Shown: positions 13,102 to 27,201 of the stretch, in pieces
Numbering within the stretch: position 1 is the stretch's first letter
How the letters are laid out: the number at the start of each line of letters is the position of its first letter
NCBI RefSeq assembly: GCF_003918875.1
Contig: NW_025767356.1
Span: forward strand, 248,001 to 312,000
Source: Haliotis rubra
Taxonomy: Eukaryota
DNA: 64,000 nt
Reading direction: 5' to 3'
The notes under the pieces: generated by a model
Seen by the model: only the letters and a program-made list of their open reading frames with translations
The model's database searches: none
Told to the model about the DNA's origin: nothing
Translations under genes and position numbers: made by a program

Positions 13102-15027
13102 AAAACTCGACATTCCATTCTTCTTGCCACCCTGCAAGTTGGTCTTCAGCAGCGTCAAGCTGCGAGGAGACACATGGCACGATCTTCAGTATCTATGACT
13201 TGAGAACACGTCGAGGTGGACAGGAGGTGCAGGATGCCCTGAGAGACCACGGGGAACTTTGGATTCAGAACAACTGGACGGGTAAAACATTCTCTGTTGT
13301 TGTTCCAGACATATTCTCCTCTTGATAAGCTACTCCAACACAATTACGACATCTCTGTCACAGCATGGTACGTTTGCCGGGATGTTTAACTTCAGGAATA
13401 CAGATGCTCTGACATCATTCACTAACAAACCACCTGTTAAACTAGATACCAGATTCAATACCGGATCGACATGCTAGCACAACAATTACGTCCCTAATGC
13501 ACTATATACACTTGTATACAGTACCTGGCGGAATGCACGTTGACGAACTTGATTCCTGCTGATCGGGATACTCTGTGATTGTCATCGTAAGAATATACAG
13601 CTAAGAGTTCACACAATTATATTTCATCGAATGAAGCTAAATTATATTTTATTTCCAGGAATCATGTTTAGTTTCTGCAATGAGTATGATGCTAAGTAGT
13701 GTGTTGCCAAGGATGACAACATGATGCTGAATTCTGCTGTACAAGGGAGTGTTATATTCCATATTGTGTCTGATTACATGTATGAGGCTGAGTCACGTTT
13801 CAGTACCAGGAATGGCTATTTGGCTATAATAGGTTTTCCCACCAGGGATGATTATGATGACAAGTAATTTTTAACAGGGATGAATGTGGTGCTAATATAT
13901 GTCTCAGTACCAGGAAAGAGGACATGTATAATACTGCTTTGTTTTGTTACAAGATGCTAAATTATGTCTTTTAGCAGGACTGAACATCATGCTATGTGAT
14001 ACCGATGAATGGCGCAGATTAATGGTAAAAGGGATAAACTTGGTGCTGGGTAACACCTCATTACCAGGGATGAGACTTATGCCATATGATCATTTGTTAC
14101 CTTGGAATAAGTGTGATGATATATTGCGGTTTAATACGTAGGCATGATGCTGAACAATGTTTTCGTTTGAGCGATGAGCTTAATTCGAAATTAGCCTTTG
14201 AAGCCAGGAACTGCAAGGGATGAGTATGATGCTAAGGTATGCTTTATTACAACGATGCTATATATGTTTCTTTGTGTTCCAGACTGGTCAAATACAACAA
14301 ACGGATATGACTGTGCTACTATAGTCAACGGAAGCATTACCTTTACACAGACCAACTGCAGCGCGTTACGACACTACCTGTGTATTTCCAATGACAGTAC
14401 GTATACGTAAAGGGGCCTATAAAACATAAACAGCATTTTTCATGTCCAATTCTGATTGACTGTAATAGGATATATATAATTCTTCCCGCCATCCAGCTGT
14501 TTGCCTGTTTAAACATTGATACAGATAATATATGTTTAAGATATATAAAACTAAACTAAGTTCCTCTTCCAACTTCTATTTTTGTTTTTCTACAGCTTGG
14601 CGAGGAAATGGTAAGTTCTATTCGTTCAATAGGGAAGGTCTACTCATTTCAGATTGGGTTTGCACAGAAATATACATATGGATTTAATTTCATTGATGTC
14701 TGCAGTTGCTTCAACTAAGAGAATAAAGCTACACATGGTAAAGATAATAATGTTGAGTACGTTTGAACATTCATCACACCCATACGTCTTGAAGCATTGT
14801 GGACAGAGGGGTTGTAATTCAGTATGAACTTTATTTTTCCCAGGTTCACAATGTGTCCAAACTACAACCATGCCATGGATATTTGGTACGTATATACCGT
14901 TCCTTGTTACTAATGTTTCGAAGTATATGTATGCATTCCGTATATCCAGTGGCTTCGTCACGCTCGTCTAATACTAAAGGTCTAACCATTTGGTATGCCC
15001 CGTATACTATAAAATTCATCATCATCA

Positions 15028-15060
<33 letters not shown>

Positions 15061-16644
15061 TCAGCATCATCGCCACTGATATTCCCAGTAACTGTCAACA
15101 ACTGTTCTAAATTTCCCCACCTAAATATTGTTGTCGTAAGAGGCAATTGTTGGTCATCCTTGGTGACGTCACCAACATGTTTTTACGTTACAGCCGGAAC
15201 TAAATGAATTTTGTTCGTTTCAGAGTCTTCGACATTTAATCAAACATCCCCTACACCACCAGCTGCAGACACATCACCAAGTACAGTATAAGTCTTTCGT
15301 TGTCGTTTCTAGTCACATAACCGTCCGCCATTGAATTCGTCACAATAAATAATCACTATGTGTTCAAGTTGCAGTTACACCTACACGGCAATCAATCTTA
15401 ATGTACACCATTCTTCCGCTATGTGTTTCAGGCGTCACCATGGTGTGTGTCCTTGTAGGGATGTTGCTGTTTGCCATAGCCGTCATCAGTGTTGTCATCA
15501 TTAAGATGTGAGGATGATCTGCAGTTGTTCAATGTCTGATATTTCACGGTTCTCTCGCCATCTCTCTTCTGTCAGTGCCATATACGTGCTGTTGGTTTCC
15601 ATGGTAACGTCGTGCTGCTGCTTTCTAGGGTAACGTCTGGGACAGTGATTTCTGGCTGTTTTCACATATGATTCTAAGCCGTTCACTCTTTCTCACACAT
15701 TTGTATCGCATGCAGCAGTTATAATCACACATGGTTATTGTTCGTTTCTGGAACATATTCTCAAATCGTTCCATTGTCGTCACCAAGTTCGTAGATTTTA
15801 AGTTCCTCAATCTAATAACGTAATCCCCATGGTTATGATACTTGTAAATGCTAACAGTGGCTTTTGATACAATGTTGTGCTATCATGCTTCAGGAGAAAG
15901 AGAAGGTTTCTTCACAACACGTCTTCCATGAATGCAAGCTTAACCACAGTGTCTTCAGTACCGGAATATGATCCTGATCTGCAACCTGAAAGTCCGATGA
16001 TTTTCTACACCGGTTCCTCCTTCGGAGAGAATATGTACACCGCAGCAGTTGACCAAATACAAGCAGACTACTATAACATGATAGACGACTTCACCACGGA
16101 CCAGCAACCGTCAATGAGCCTCACGTCAAGCATCCCGACGACTGCAAGGGTGCAAGGTCCATGCGCATATCCATCTGATCGCAAGTGCGGAGAGTCATCA
16201 AATAGCTATTACGAGATACAGGGTGACAGGTCCACAAAGTGCACGGATTCCTCATGTTATAAAGGAGAAGGGCGTCAGTCCGTGCTGTCAACGTCTGGCT
16301 TGTACTCCGAAATAGACGACAACGGAACGGACACCGACATCAGAGGCGTTCAGCCGGATCACTACGCCTATTTACACGCATTGAACCGTGCCTCGGAAGC
16401 ACCATCTCTGACAAACAGCGGTATCTACGATATTCCGAATGATCCTGCTACCGACTCTCACGATAGAAGACAGTTGGTAAGTGGCGAGTACGCTGTTCCG
16501 TACGCCTGTTCAGATGGCCTCAACACAAACCTACATCTTCCAGAGTCGCTTGATGACAAGTGTACCCAACAATCTGCAAGGAGTTCCTTGTTATCACGTT
16601 GTTCGACGGAACCTAATCATTATGACACACCGAATGACCTTTAA
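13102..16644 (+). CDS. G3: CTLD-like type I receptor with long Tyr-rich tail (signal exon not identified)
   Basis: Exons 13102-13281 (FHSSCHPASWSSAASSCEE...LWIQ), 14283-14396 (YDCATI...TNCSALRHYLC), 14596-14610, 14844-14885, 15224-15280 (S/T/P stalk, weak donor), TM 15432-15507 and tail 15894-16644 (YYEI, YSEI, YAYL, YDIP, YAVP, YDTP). All phases are compatible. Confidence 0.85.
15016..15072. repeat. (ATC)n(GTC)n microsatellite
   Basis: Read directly from the sequence. Confidence 0.9.
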
Positions 16645-16736
16645 ATCGCCGTAAGCAGGAAGGTCAAACATTGCCTGAAACAGTATACTATTCCCTTATA
16701 CGCCTATGATTTGTTGGGTAATGTGTATAATTGAAA

Positions 16737-16871
16737 NNNNNNNNNNNNNNNNNNNNNNNNNNNNNNNNNNNNNNNNNNNNNNNNNNNNNNNNNNNNNNNN
16801 NNNNNNNNNNNNNNNNNNNNNNNNNNNNNNNNNNNNNNNNNNNNNNNNNNNNNNNNNNNNNNNNNNNNNNN
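16737..16871. other. Assembly gap
   Basis: Run of N. Confidence 1.
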
Positions 16872-18012
16872 AATCCATAATAATTTGTTTAAATCAAATC
16901 ATTTGGGACAAATGCCGGCATCTTGGTAGGATGAAAAGGATGTTCTTATTTTTCTACGAACAGTTATTGTATGCTTATAGACATGCTGACAATATGTTTG
17001 TACAGTAGGCCACGGCAGGGATTCCACCCCAGGTAACTCTCCTTAGTGGAACCCACCAAGCACTATCCCTAAAATGTGACGACTCGCTAATACTGCAGTC
17101 TTCTACGTTATCCAGAGTGGCAGAAGGGCCTCGCGGCGAACCTGGGTAGTCTCCGTCAAGAGATTTGTGAGTCCCAGAATCGTGCCAATTACATCATTGT
17201 CCAACTGGGCAAAAAACTCCATGACATAAATGATTTCGTGGGATGTGGCCAAAAGGGCATGGTCAGTATTGTTGGCCTGGTCGCGAATGTAAATAGTCTT
17301 GTACTTTTCACTTCTGATCAATGTGAGTAATTTGAGTCAGATACTGTGTCAGACACTGAACGGTCGTTTCCATTACACAGATATTACGGACGTCTTGGCT
17401 CACAGCATAGCCTTATTGATCATATGATGTCGTCCGTTTTTATAACATACTACTTCAATGTCCCTTTAATGGAAGTATTGTGACACAGGTTACTGATCAC
17501 GGAATCAGTTTGTATGATAACAGAATGGCCCCAAGTAATACACCGTAAACTTGTTTTCAGTTTCCATCATGTACATATCATTCTTTCGTGATTTGGTGAA
17601 AATAAAATCTGTGTAACTTCAGAAGGCTTCGTGATCGTATCTGTCTCCATCGATGTGTACAGATTCAAACTGTACATGCCACGCCCACACGTGGTGTCGT
17701 ATAGCCATAAAGCTTCTACACGTATTTACTGTGCACACGGGACGTGCAATAGCATCGCAGCAATCCAAGCAGAAACAGATAGTCGTGGGTATGTTTGTGT
17801 TCGTGGAATGTTCTTGCGATCTTACAGAGTACCTCCTATTTTGATGTGGCAGGCTCTCATTGGTTTGTGCAGTTCAGTACATAGTACCCGTATTGATGTT
17901 AATTTGGCGCTGGAGTCAGAGTTTTAACGCATTCTTATGTCCCAATGTTATGCTTAGGTGCTGATATGCAGGTCGGTGCACGTTTTACCTTCATATAGGT
18001 AACATCACCTAA

Positions 18013-18163
18013 GTGAGTTAGTATGGTTTTACGCCGCCTTTAGCAATATTTCAGCAATATCACAACAGGGGACACCAGTTCACACATTGTACCCATGTGG
18101 GGAATCGAACCCGGGCCTTCGGCGTGACGAGCAAACGCTTTAACCACTAGGCTACCCCACCGC
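18013..18163 (-). mobile_element. SINE family A
   Basis: Reverse complement of family A. Confidence 0.8.
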
Positions 18164-18575
18164 ATGTGTTATCTTTCTCAGTACTGGGAAAGTGTAATCC
18201 CAAATATAACATACATGTGACCACTTTCTAAAGGTATCGCGTATTCATAGCTTTCGGCCATTGGAGTCGTGCCTATTTACACTTGTCAGAGAGGTATGCA
18301 AACTTCGTGGTCTAGACTACCAGTGGTCTGCGATGGCTGAGTGGGTTAGATCACTGACTGTGTATGCTGGCGAAAAGGTGCCTGACTCTGAGAGTGTAGG
18401 TTCGAATCCCTGATGGGCGTAAACCTATAATAGTTCTAGAATCTGTACTTTACTAAGAAAGTGTAATTTCAAATGTAGCATAACTTGCCATGCTTACTTG
18501 AGTATTTATTGTTGAATTGGTTCGAATTAAGTGAAAACGCAAAAGTAGCACGTCCAGGCTGACATTATACGAACT

Positions 18576-18653
18576 GTCGCCCTGCTGCCGTAACATCGCC
18601 CTGCCGTAACATCGCCCTGCTGCCGTAACATCGCCCTGCTGCCGTAACATCGC
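18576..18653. repeat. 19-bp tandem repeat, about 4 copies
   Basis: tcgccctgctgccgtaaca. Confidence 0.9.
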
Positions 18654-19270
18654 ACGCTAACTATACCCTATGGATTCTTATGAAAGCAATTGAAATAAAT
18701 ACCTGTTGCTCGTCTGAAGGTATAACTACATATATCAGTATGTGTGATGGGTAGTAAGGTAATCCATGACCTACTGCCTTTCCATGTTTTGTATGGTGTT
18801 GACTACGTCAACCATGTTAGTCAGGGTATATTATGTGTGGTAAGTGCATGTTGTCGAATTCGACACAGATCATCAGTTTCACTGTCAAATTTAAGCACAC
18901 AAATTACAAAGCATTTTGATTTGAAACGCAATTTTGTCTTCTGGAAATTGACTGTTTGAGATGCACAACCCCATAACAAAACAAATACCTCCCCATTCAA
19001 AACGCAGTCTCTTTGGCTATATAGCATAGTACTGAAGAAGATTACAGATATCCGTAAAAGTGGTTTAACAAAGTTTTGACTCTGATAACTATCAATATCT
19101 CCAAGGTGATATCGGCGGAATGACCCTGTCTACTGTACCCGGACACTCACAGTTGTGAAACAACGTATGATGTTGGATTTCCTCTTGTTTGCGGTAGTGC
19201 AGTGTGTATTCTTGACGGCCTCTCAAATGACATAGCTCCATGTGTTGCAGGACATATAGTGTGTACGTTG

Positions 19271-20987
19271 ATGGAGGGTAAGTACATGGTTTTGAATAAC
19301 TGTCCTGTCCAATTAATTCTTATTCAACCTGTATTTTGCGTATTTATGCATGTGTGTGTGTGTTTGTGTGTGTATGTATTTGTGTGTATGTGTGTATATT
19401 CGCTCTGTAATGATATGGTTCTAGATAAATAAACAACAATTTCCACCTCACCAAAACAATTGCAATATTTTTGGTGTACTGAAGAGATTGCTTTGTGTTC
19501 CTCTTCTATGTCTCAAATTATTCTTCAGAACAGTGACATAATACAGACCTGATATTGATATCGCACACAGTGAATTTTAGTATCAGTTTCAGAATAATTG
19601 TACAAAATCACTATGGATGCTTCCTCCTTTAACCACACGTTGGTGAATTGTGCTTCCGTGTTAATATACTTTTACTGGACATTGTTGCGATTTCTGTATT
19701 CGAGATCAATTTCTTCTAGAGAAGCTAGCAAGATATATAAGCCCGGGTGTTGTTCGCATCATAATTGCTTTTCATGATTACCTGTAGTACTTATTTCTGG
19801 ACTTGATTACAAGACATCGTGATACTGTAGAAGATATTCTGTATTTCAGACATCACCGTCGCCGTCGTTCCATGCATCATAGGGGTGATTCTCGTCACGT
19901 GCGGTTTCACCATCAAGCGGTTAGTTATGACGTTATGGAGATTTCGTTTCCAACGGTTCGGGTAAATGGTTCGGGTGAATGGAACAGTGTTGCTCAATCA
20001 GAATTTCAAAAAGTATACAATCTTGACATCAACGTACAATAATTACCAGCCTTAAATACCTGCCGGGACAGCTTCTACAGGGAGTAAAATGCCAAGTAGT
20101 CATGTACAATTCAGTCGTGGCACTACATGTTCAGAATATCTTCCTTGTTCAACTGACAGTAACACGCAGTATGTCTCATAAAGGTCGCATTTGCACCAAA
20201 TATGTTAGTTTATAAAGTAAACATGTAATCTGAAGCGAAGAACTTGATATTTTCCAGCCGAAAGCTAATCTCAGGACATAACTCGTCCACAGATGTAAAC
20301 GTCTCATCACCAGAGAGGAAACCAGCCGATAAAGAAGGATCGGAACCATTTTACGCCAACGTGGACGACTTGAAGCCAGATCCTGGGCGACCAGTTGGCG
20401 TCAGGTCAAGCCATACTAACACTAAAAGGAAGAAAGGAACAAGGGCATCTCACGCTGTTCAGTCCTCTAGGTGTATGCCCGAGATACAGAGTATTGTGTC
20501 GGATACATGCAGCATCGACTCCAGTGAGGATGGCGGAGAAGGACATCAGTCAGAACACAGCATAAGTCCATCAAGTATATATTGTAATACCCAGAACCTT
20601 ACATCAGACACGGCAATCTACTCGAACTGCTCGGTCGACAGATCCCAGGGTAGTGTAAGACTCATTCAACCAGATCACTACACCTACCTAGACACTGTGC
20701 ATCGCCCCATGGAAGCAGGATCTACACAGCAGAGTGACATCTATGTTAATACTAACGTACCTGCTCAGGGAGGATCTACAGAACAACCAGACAAATCCAC
20801 TTACTTAGACCCTTTGCCCGGTTCATCAGTGCTGGGTATTCAATCTGAAAGTGACTTGTATGATCTTCCATACGCGTTCACAAGAAACCGTAATGTACCC
20901 GTGTCGAAACATGATCACTATGTTAATATATTCCCAGCGAAAAAAGAAACGAAAAAGAAAAAGAAAAAGTCAAATAAGAAACGTTAG
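19271..20987 (+). CDS. G4: putative type III transmembrane adaptor-like protein with multiple YxN motifs
   Basis: ATG GAG G at 19271-19277 precedes a gtaagt donor. TM exon 19850-19919 (DITVAVVPCIIGVILVTCGFTIKR). Tail exon 20258-20987 (YANV, YCNT, YSNC, YTYL, YVNT, YLDP, YDLP, YVNI, poly-Lys C-terminus). The start codon is inferred. Confidence 0.8.
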
Positions 20988-23303
20988 TTTGTAAGAAGTC
21001 GACCCCTTTAAACGCTGAACGACTGCATCTTCAAAGAGGACGAACATCCGATCGTTATATATGTACATATGTCATCGGGTCTCATTTCCATTCACAAATG
21101 AAAACTCTGAGAGATTGTGTCTAGTACAAATATATCATGGATTCTATCATTATTGTATTTTAACCAAATGTGATTTGGCTGGGCATGTTCAATAGTCAAG
21201 CAAAGAATACGTGAAAGCCGTGTCTGTTTAAAAGTGTAACATCCCGCTGTTTTAGTGTAGTAGTGTTCCAGTCGGAAGCATTGTTTTCTGTAATGCAAGT
21301 CATTCACATTCAAACAGTGTTGTTAGCATTTCATGAATAAATTGTAACTATTCTTGAGGTCTGTCTTTTCTGCTGCAAGGATTCAACACTGGAAACGATT
21401 TCATATATTCCAAATGACCCTAGGGCGACCAACTGAGCATTTCATCGGCATTTCGATAACATCGGCGAGCAATAGTCTAGCCGTTTCAGCCTACTGTGAT
21501 CACATTTCTCACCTCGTGGGGTACTAAAGAGCACACTCCTCATCGGATGATTGCAAAGTGCGTCACACAACTCTTGGTCCAAATAGTTGTGCTCACGGTT
21601 ACAACATTCAGGCTTTTTACAAAGCCTTCCAAAAGGTTTCGGAGTAGACAAGCGGAGGACAATCGTACATTTTACGCCACATTGCGATACTCTTACTATA
21701 AGTCGGAAAACGACCAACACTAAGACGATGCTCTTTTAACGAAGTGCTACACCTGTATGTTTGCAATTGTTGAATATTAATTCATGCAATCAAGTGCTAT
21801 TCTAAACAACAAACACACAATTTGACACTTATGTTTTTCAATGCCACTTTGAAGTCATGTTATGTAAAAGAAGTACTAATATCAAATCGTTAAACATGCA
21901 ATGTGTGTCATCAAGGAAATATATCCTTTCATAACATGTAAATATTTGGAGGGTGACACACGATTGCCCGGTAACAACCTCCCGTCCAACAGTATGACAC
22001 AGTTTCGGTCTGACTGGTTATGGTGTTGTGAATCTCCTGTTTCATTTACCAGCTACAAATGTCCGTGACTGAATATTGACCATTGAATATGAGAAGTGTT
22101 TTACCGCCCGATCAAGGATATACTAACTGCACTCAATGTAAGTTTTGTGAACGTTGCAGGGTCTCCCCTGCTTGGGTGGGGGATGTAGGCCCCAAATAAT
22201 CTAAATATATCAACTATCAACACAACTGCGTTCTACTGAATCTAAAAGGAAACATCAATACAAATACAACATTGCTCCACAATACACCACTGTCGCCATA
22301 CAAGTACACTTTATCGTATACAAATAACATATGAAACTATTTTGCTCTGAACTTAAAAAAAGGCAGGACAGCTGATATTTTGCATTGGATAAGACTTTCG
22401 ATATTCGTGCAGTACATCTTTCAGGGAACACAAGCATGTCCCACATCAGCCGTATCAGGCTTTCTGTTTGTTGTCGCGTTATTGGCATATCGCAACTGAT
22501 CTGCTGCATCGCCTCACGGCATGTACGGAAATGTTTCTCATAAATTCGGGGTGGTGTGTTCTTTAGGAAGTATTTGAGAAACAAATATACCGTTTCCACA
22601 TTCCTCTATTACGTTTTATCTAGCACATACATGATGATATTTGATATTTGTATTTGTATGCATACATCAAATACAATAATGAGAAAAACTTTTTCCAAAC
22701 TCAACAAGCATTCTACAGGTGAAATTGATGCATTTCCATAGAAAGAGGCGGTTGTGACATCGGACTTTCAATCTGATGGATGCGCCGATGAGAACAAATG
22801 CAAATGAGATGAAAGGTACTGACAAGCTGTCACTCTCAGCTTTAACGGGGCATTTTAAAGATACTAATCTTAATTTAAACTGAAGCATCACCCTCCCACT
22901 GACCAGTAGCAAGCAACGATGACATCAGCGGAGAAATGCGGTGCGGATTTGCAGCTTTATGGTGACGTTTTGTGATCTATGCACAAATACATAAGCACTA
23001 TCAGAAGGGACATTACATTCACGTGGGAACATCTGGTATCATTACAATAAGCTGTTTTGCTCGATAATGCGCACTTGTTGTTTTCTCTCCCGTTGATGTT
23101 CTATACTTCCTCTTCATGACACATAATCCCACAAATAAATAGGATTTTAAAGACTATTCAGTATCTTTATTTGGGGCGATGTGTGTTGCGCGAGTTAGAC
23201 CCAAACCAGGAAACTGACCAGAAGGAATGTATATACGCAAGTCCAGAAGGAATATATACGCAAGTCGGGAATCATCTGCTTCACAGACCTTGTTGTACTC
23301 AAG

Positions 23304-26300
23304 ATGAAGATCGTTTGTGTCCCTCTGTGTGCAGCATCACTTGCTGTGTACGTGATGTTTCTTGGTTTCGACAATATGGACCAAGTACACGGTATGGTAT
23401 TATTCATTTATTTATCATAAATTTCTAAACTTCCCCAATGCTCACATTAACGAAGCCCGACAGTGTAATTTGACTCTTAAATAAGAGCAGACCGTTGGTT
23501 TCCTCCTATAAATGTTTTCGATTAAGTGGGCATCTAATTGATGAAACAACAAAATATATATTCGGAAACATATTCACGGTCGCCGAATTGGTAGCTCGTA
23601 ACACAGTTCGTGTCAGATGCTTTCAGAGGACCGATATACATGTACATATCATCCCAATTACACTGTGACCAAAATACACCAGTAAAGCTGATTATTTAAC
23701 ACAGATAAATAACCTGACGAAAAATCAAATGTCTCGACAATTCAACTTTTGTGACTTTATATAACATACAACATTAAAAGTCAATCTTTCGTCCCGTTGC
23801 TGTTGTTAAATATATGTTTCTTTCTTTTAGTATGACATCTTCCGACACTCGTTGCGAAACAACAACAAAAAATCCAACCGTCCTTTAGTTTATTCAGAAA
23901 TAATAGCTGTGCACGGATTATACTTACAAAATATATCCATCTCAAATTCAGTGTGGAAGTGAAACAGTACTCTTTCGGTAAAATCTCCAAACCATGTTGA
24001 GAAGACTCTAAATTCTCATACTTTCCAATACAAATATTTCCCTTTTATTTAACTTTGTATTCATTGTAATTGTTTTTGTTTCATTTCCCACGATTACGGT
24101 TGTTTGCGAGTGTATATTATACACGAATAAACACGGTTGCACTTTCGCGTTATTTCTCCATTTCCCTCTAAGCATTGTGACCTATGAAGAAGAGTTTTTA
24201 CAAAATTCAACAATCATCATGTTGTTTCTATAAGAATAGAAACACAGACAAACCGTTAAATATTCAATAAATTTGCCTATGTGATGTAAAACCATTCTTT
24301 GCTACAAACGTGGGGAGGTCTAGAGTTGGCTCAGTCACATTTGCGTACCTTGGATAAGAGCTGATTAGGAGTTTGAATCCCTGTTACCGCAATTATGTTT
24401 CTTGGTTTTTGAGCATCATACCCACGCTCGTTGGTTTCATGAGACTAGTAAATGCTCGTACCTGCATTACATTGCTTTGCCTGCCACGTTAGGCTACCAC
24501 GCCGTGATGCAACTAGAATACTGTTAAACCTGGACACTCACTCACACACAATGTCATCATATATATTTCAAATTAGATATCACAAGTTAAATATAACATA
24601 GTACTTTGCTCATGCACTGTTTCAGTTTGATGCTAGGGCTTGAACATTGTAACACATTTGTGCTTTTAAACGATTATTATGAATGCATATCACTTTGGTT
24701 CTTCAGCTTCCGGGCCACTCGGAGACAATTGTGTAAGTGTAAACTTCGCCATGGCTGAGAACGACTGCAAATATAGAAACAGATCATTATTCACCTTATC
24801 GGATTTGAAAACATCAAGAGGTGGACGATTTGTTCGAAATGTTACAACTATCCTCACGGAAATTTGGATACGAGGTGACGAGAATGGTAAATGAAACCAC
24901 TTATCCTGAACCTATGAGTGTTTTTTGTATTTTGTTTGGTCAAAATGTATCACTGATAATTACAACAACGACGAAAACCCAGGGACTACTTATTGAATGA
25001 TTATTGATTGAATTACTTGTTATATGCACAAACAATGTATGTTTACATCATAATCATATACATGTTTATATATCGTTGCAAACATTCAAAACACGGCGGA
25101 TACAATACAACGGAAAACCGAAACGTAAGCTTAAATATAAAAACAACAAGTGTTAATGCATGTGCTTTGTTAACCGATGCTTCTCTGGTTTGATTTGTTA
25201 TCATGATGTTAACCTAACTCATCTGTTTTACACGCCGCAGGTTCGTGCCAAACTTATCTCCGTTTGCCAACAAAGGGAAGTGCAAACAAGAGTAAGTGTC
25301 AATTGATTGCCTGTTCCAGACTCGATTATTTACAGACCGCCGCTAGAAGCTGGAATATTGCTGAGTGAGGCGTAAAACTCCACTCACTCACTCACTCATA
25401 ATCTATTGCAGCGAAGTTCATTGTANNNNNNNNNNNNNNNNNNNNNNNNNNNNNNNNNNNNNNNNNNNNNNNNNNNNNNNNNNNNNNNNNNNNNNNNNNN
25501 NNNNNNNNNNNNNNNNNNNNNNNNNNNNNNNNNNNNNNNNNNNNNNNNNNNNNNNNNNNNNNNNNNNNNNNNNNNNNNNNNNNNNNNNNNNNNNNNNNNN
25601 NNNNNNNNNATTGTATCATCTGAATTTATTTTACAACAGCTGACGAAGATCTGAAATTTCAAAGAGCCAACTGTGACGATCAGCATCACTACGTGTGTAT
25701 ACAGCATGCTCGTAAGCATTTTCATTCATCAACATCGCTTATATATCATTTCGTTTCTAATACGTATAATATTGACTACATTCACCATATGTTTACGTAC
25801 CAGTAGCAAAACTGCTAATATACAACCGGAAACTTTAACTATTGTTCCATTCTCTAATAAACCAGCTTCAATATTTCAATAATCCTATTTTGACATGTTT
25901 TTTTTGTACAACGAAATCAGATCTGGAGCCTCAGTACCATCCTGCTTGTTATGAGAAGACATCAGAGGTTACATTCGGTAATCTCCACCTATTTCCAACT
26001 ATTCATTGATATCATTACGTTATCGGTAACTGGCAAGAACTGGGTGCCAATGTCCTAAACAACCTTAGTTCAACAACAGTTGTAAACCTATGTTAACATA
26101 TGTTAGTCTGTGCTTGGGAATTCCTGTAATTAGATAGTTTTGTACAACGGTACAGAGGTAATGTGCATTTATACAATTGTTCTTCGTCGGACACAACTTG
26201 TTTGTTGTAAGTTCGTCGCCGCCTAACCCCCAAAGAAAGCATTCGCTTTGTGCAGATGCTTATACTACAAACTAATCACTGTGTTTGTCGTAATACTACC

Positions 26301-27201
26301 TGATGAAAGTTGAACTTACGGTGTGGAATTGTGATAACTACCAAGGCGTCAGTTTAATGATGGAAGTTACATCAGTTACATTAAACACTCCCATGGTCAT
26401 CGCACACCGACTGCATATGTACAACAAAACAGGCGTTTGGTCACAATTTCTTCTCGGTGGGTTATAATTCTGGGTATAGTTACTTCCAACTCAGTCGTCT
26501 TAGAGCCAGCTGTGGATTTGTCAGTTGAGACTACTCTGATCACAAACAAAGACATGGTTGCCAAGACGGGACCAGGTCGGCATTAGGCTGACGAACAAAC
26601 GTTTTAGAAACGACTTTAAAATAATTAATTGGAACCGTAATATATACCATACGTGCGTACTGAGAAATCGATCTCATTACAAAACTGGCTTGCATAAATA
26701 TGTGTTACCGTGTAATCACGTCCGTAGTTATCAGAACATCATTTCATCCTTTTGATGATGAAATGTCTTTTTTCTAAAAGGAGTTAATTTTCACAAAGTG
26801 ATAACAGAAACTTTGTGTTTGGAATCACAAGTATCATGTAACGGTGGAAGTAGTTTTTGATCCAATTCAATTTGTTTTCATTGAATGCGAAACTGAAATT
26901 ACCCGCAGTTCCTCAGAAACTTAGTATAATAAGTAGGAAGTATAATCTGGAAGTATAAGAGCCAATGTAACTGTGTTTATACTGTTATCAATATCCTTAT
27001 GTACAATCTGTGTATATTGTTGTTTGTAAAACTGTTTCCAGGAAGACCAACGTGCAAGACAGTGGGACAACGTCGCAAGCAGGTGATGCGCAACACACAG
27101 GAAGTAACCCCGAAGGTGACAACGGATGTGGTCTCCAAACAGAAGATACTGAAGCTGCCAATCACGACAGGCTAACAGCAGTCGAGTTCCACGGTCCCTG
27201 A
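23304..27201 (+). CDS. G5: CTLD-like family member; TM exon not found; short Tyr-free terminal exon
   Basis: Signal exon 23304-23391 (MKIVCVPLCAASLAVYVMFLG...), 180-nt exon 24707-24886, 25241-25291 (GSCQTY), 25640-25711 (ANCDDQHHYVC), probable 25921-25977, and terminal exon 27042-27201 similar to the G6 tail. Confidence 0.7.
25426..25609. other. Assembly gap inside G5
   Basis: Run of N. Confidence 1.

Noticed and set aside
14799-15110. ORF with poly-Ile/Val stretch resembling a TM helix
   Set aside because: Translation of an intronic trinucleotide microsatellite.
19271-19919. True orthology of G4 to vertebrate LAT
   Set aside because: The resemblance is limited to a short TM stretch and motif content, and the tail is paralogous to G3. 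No gene symbol assigned.
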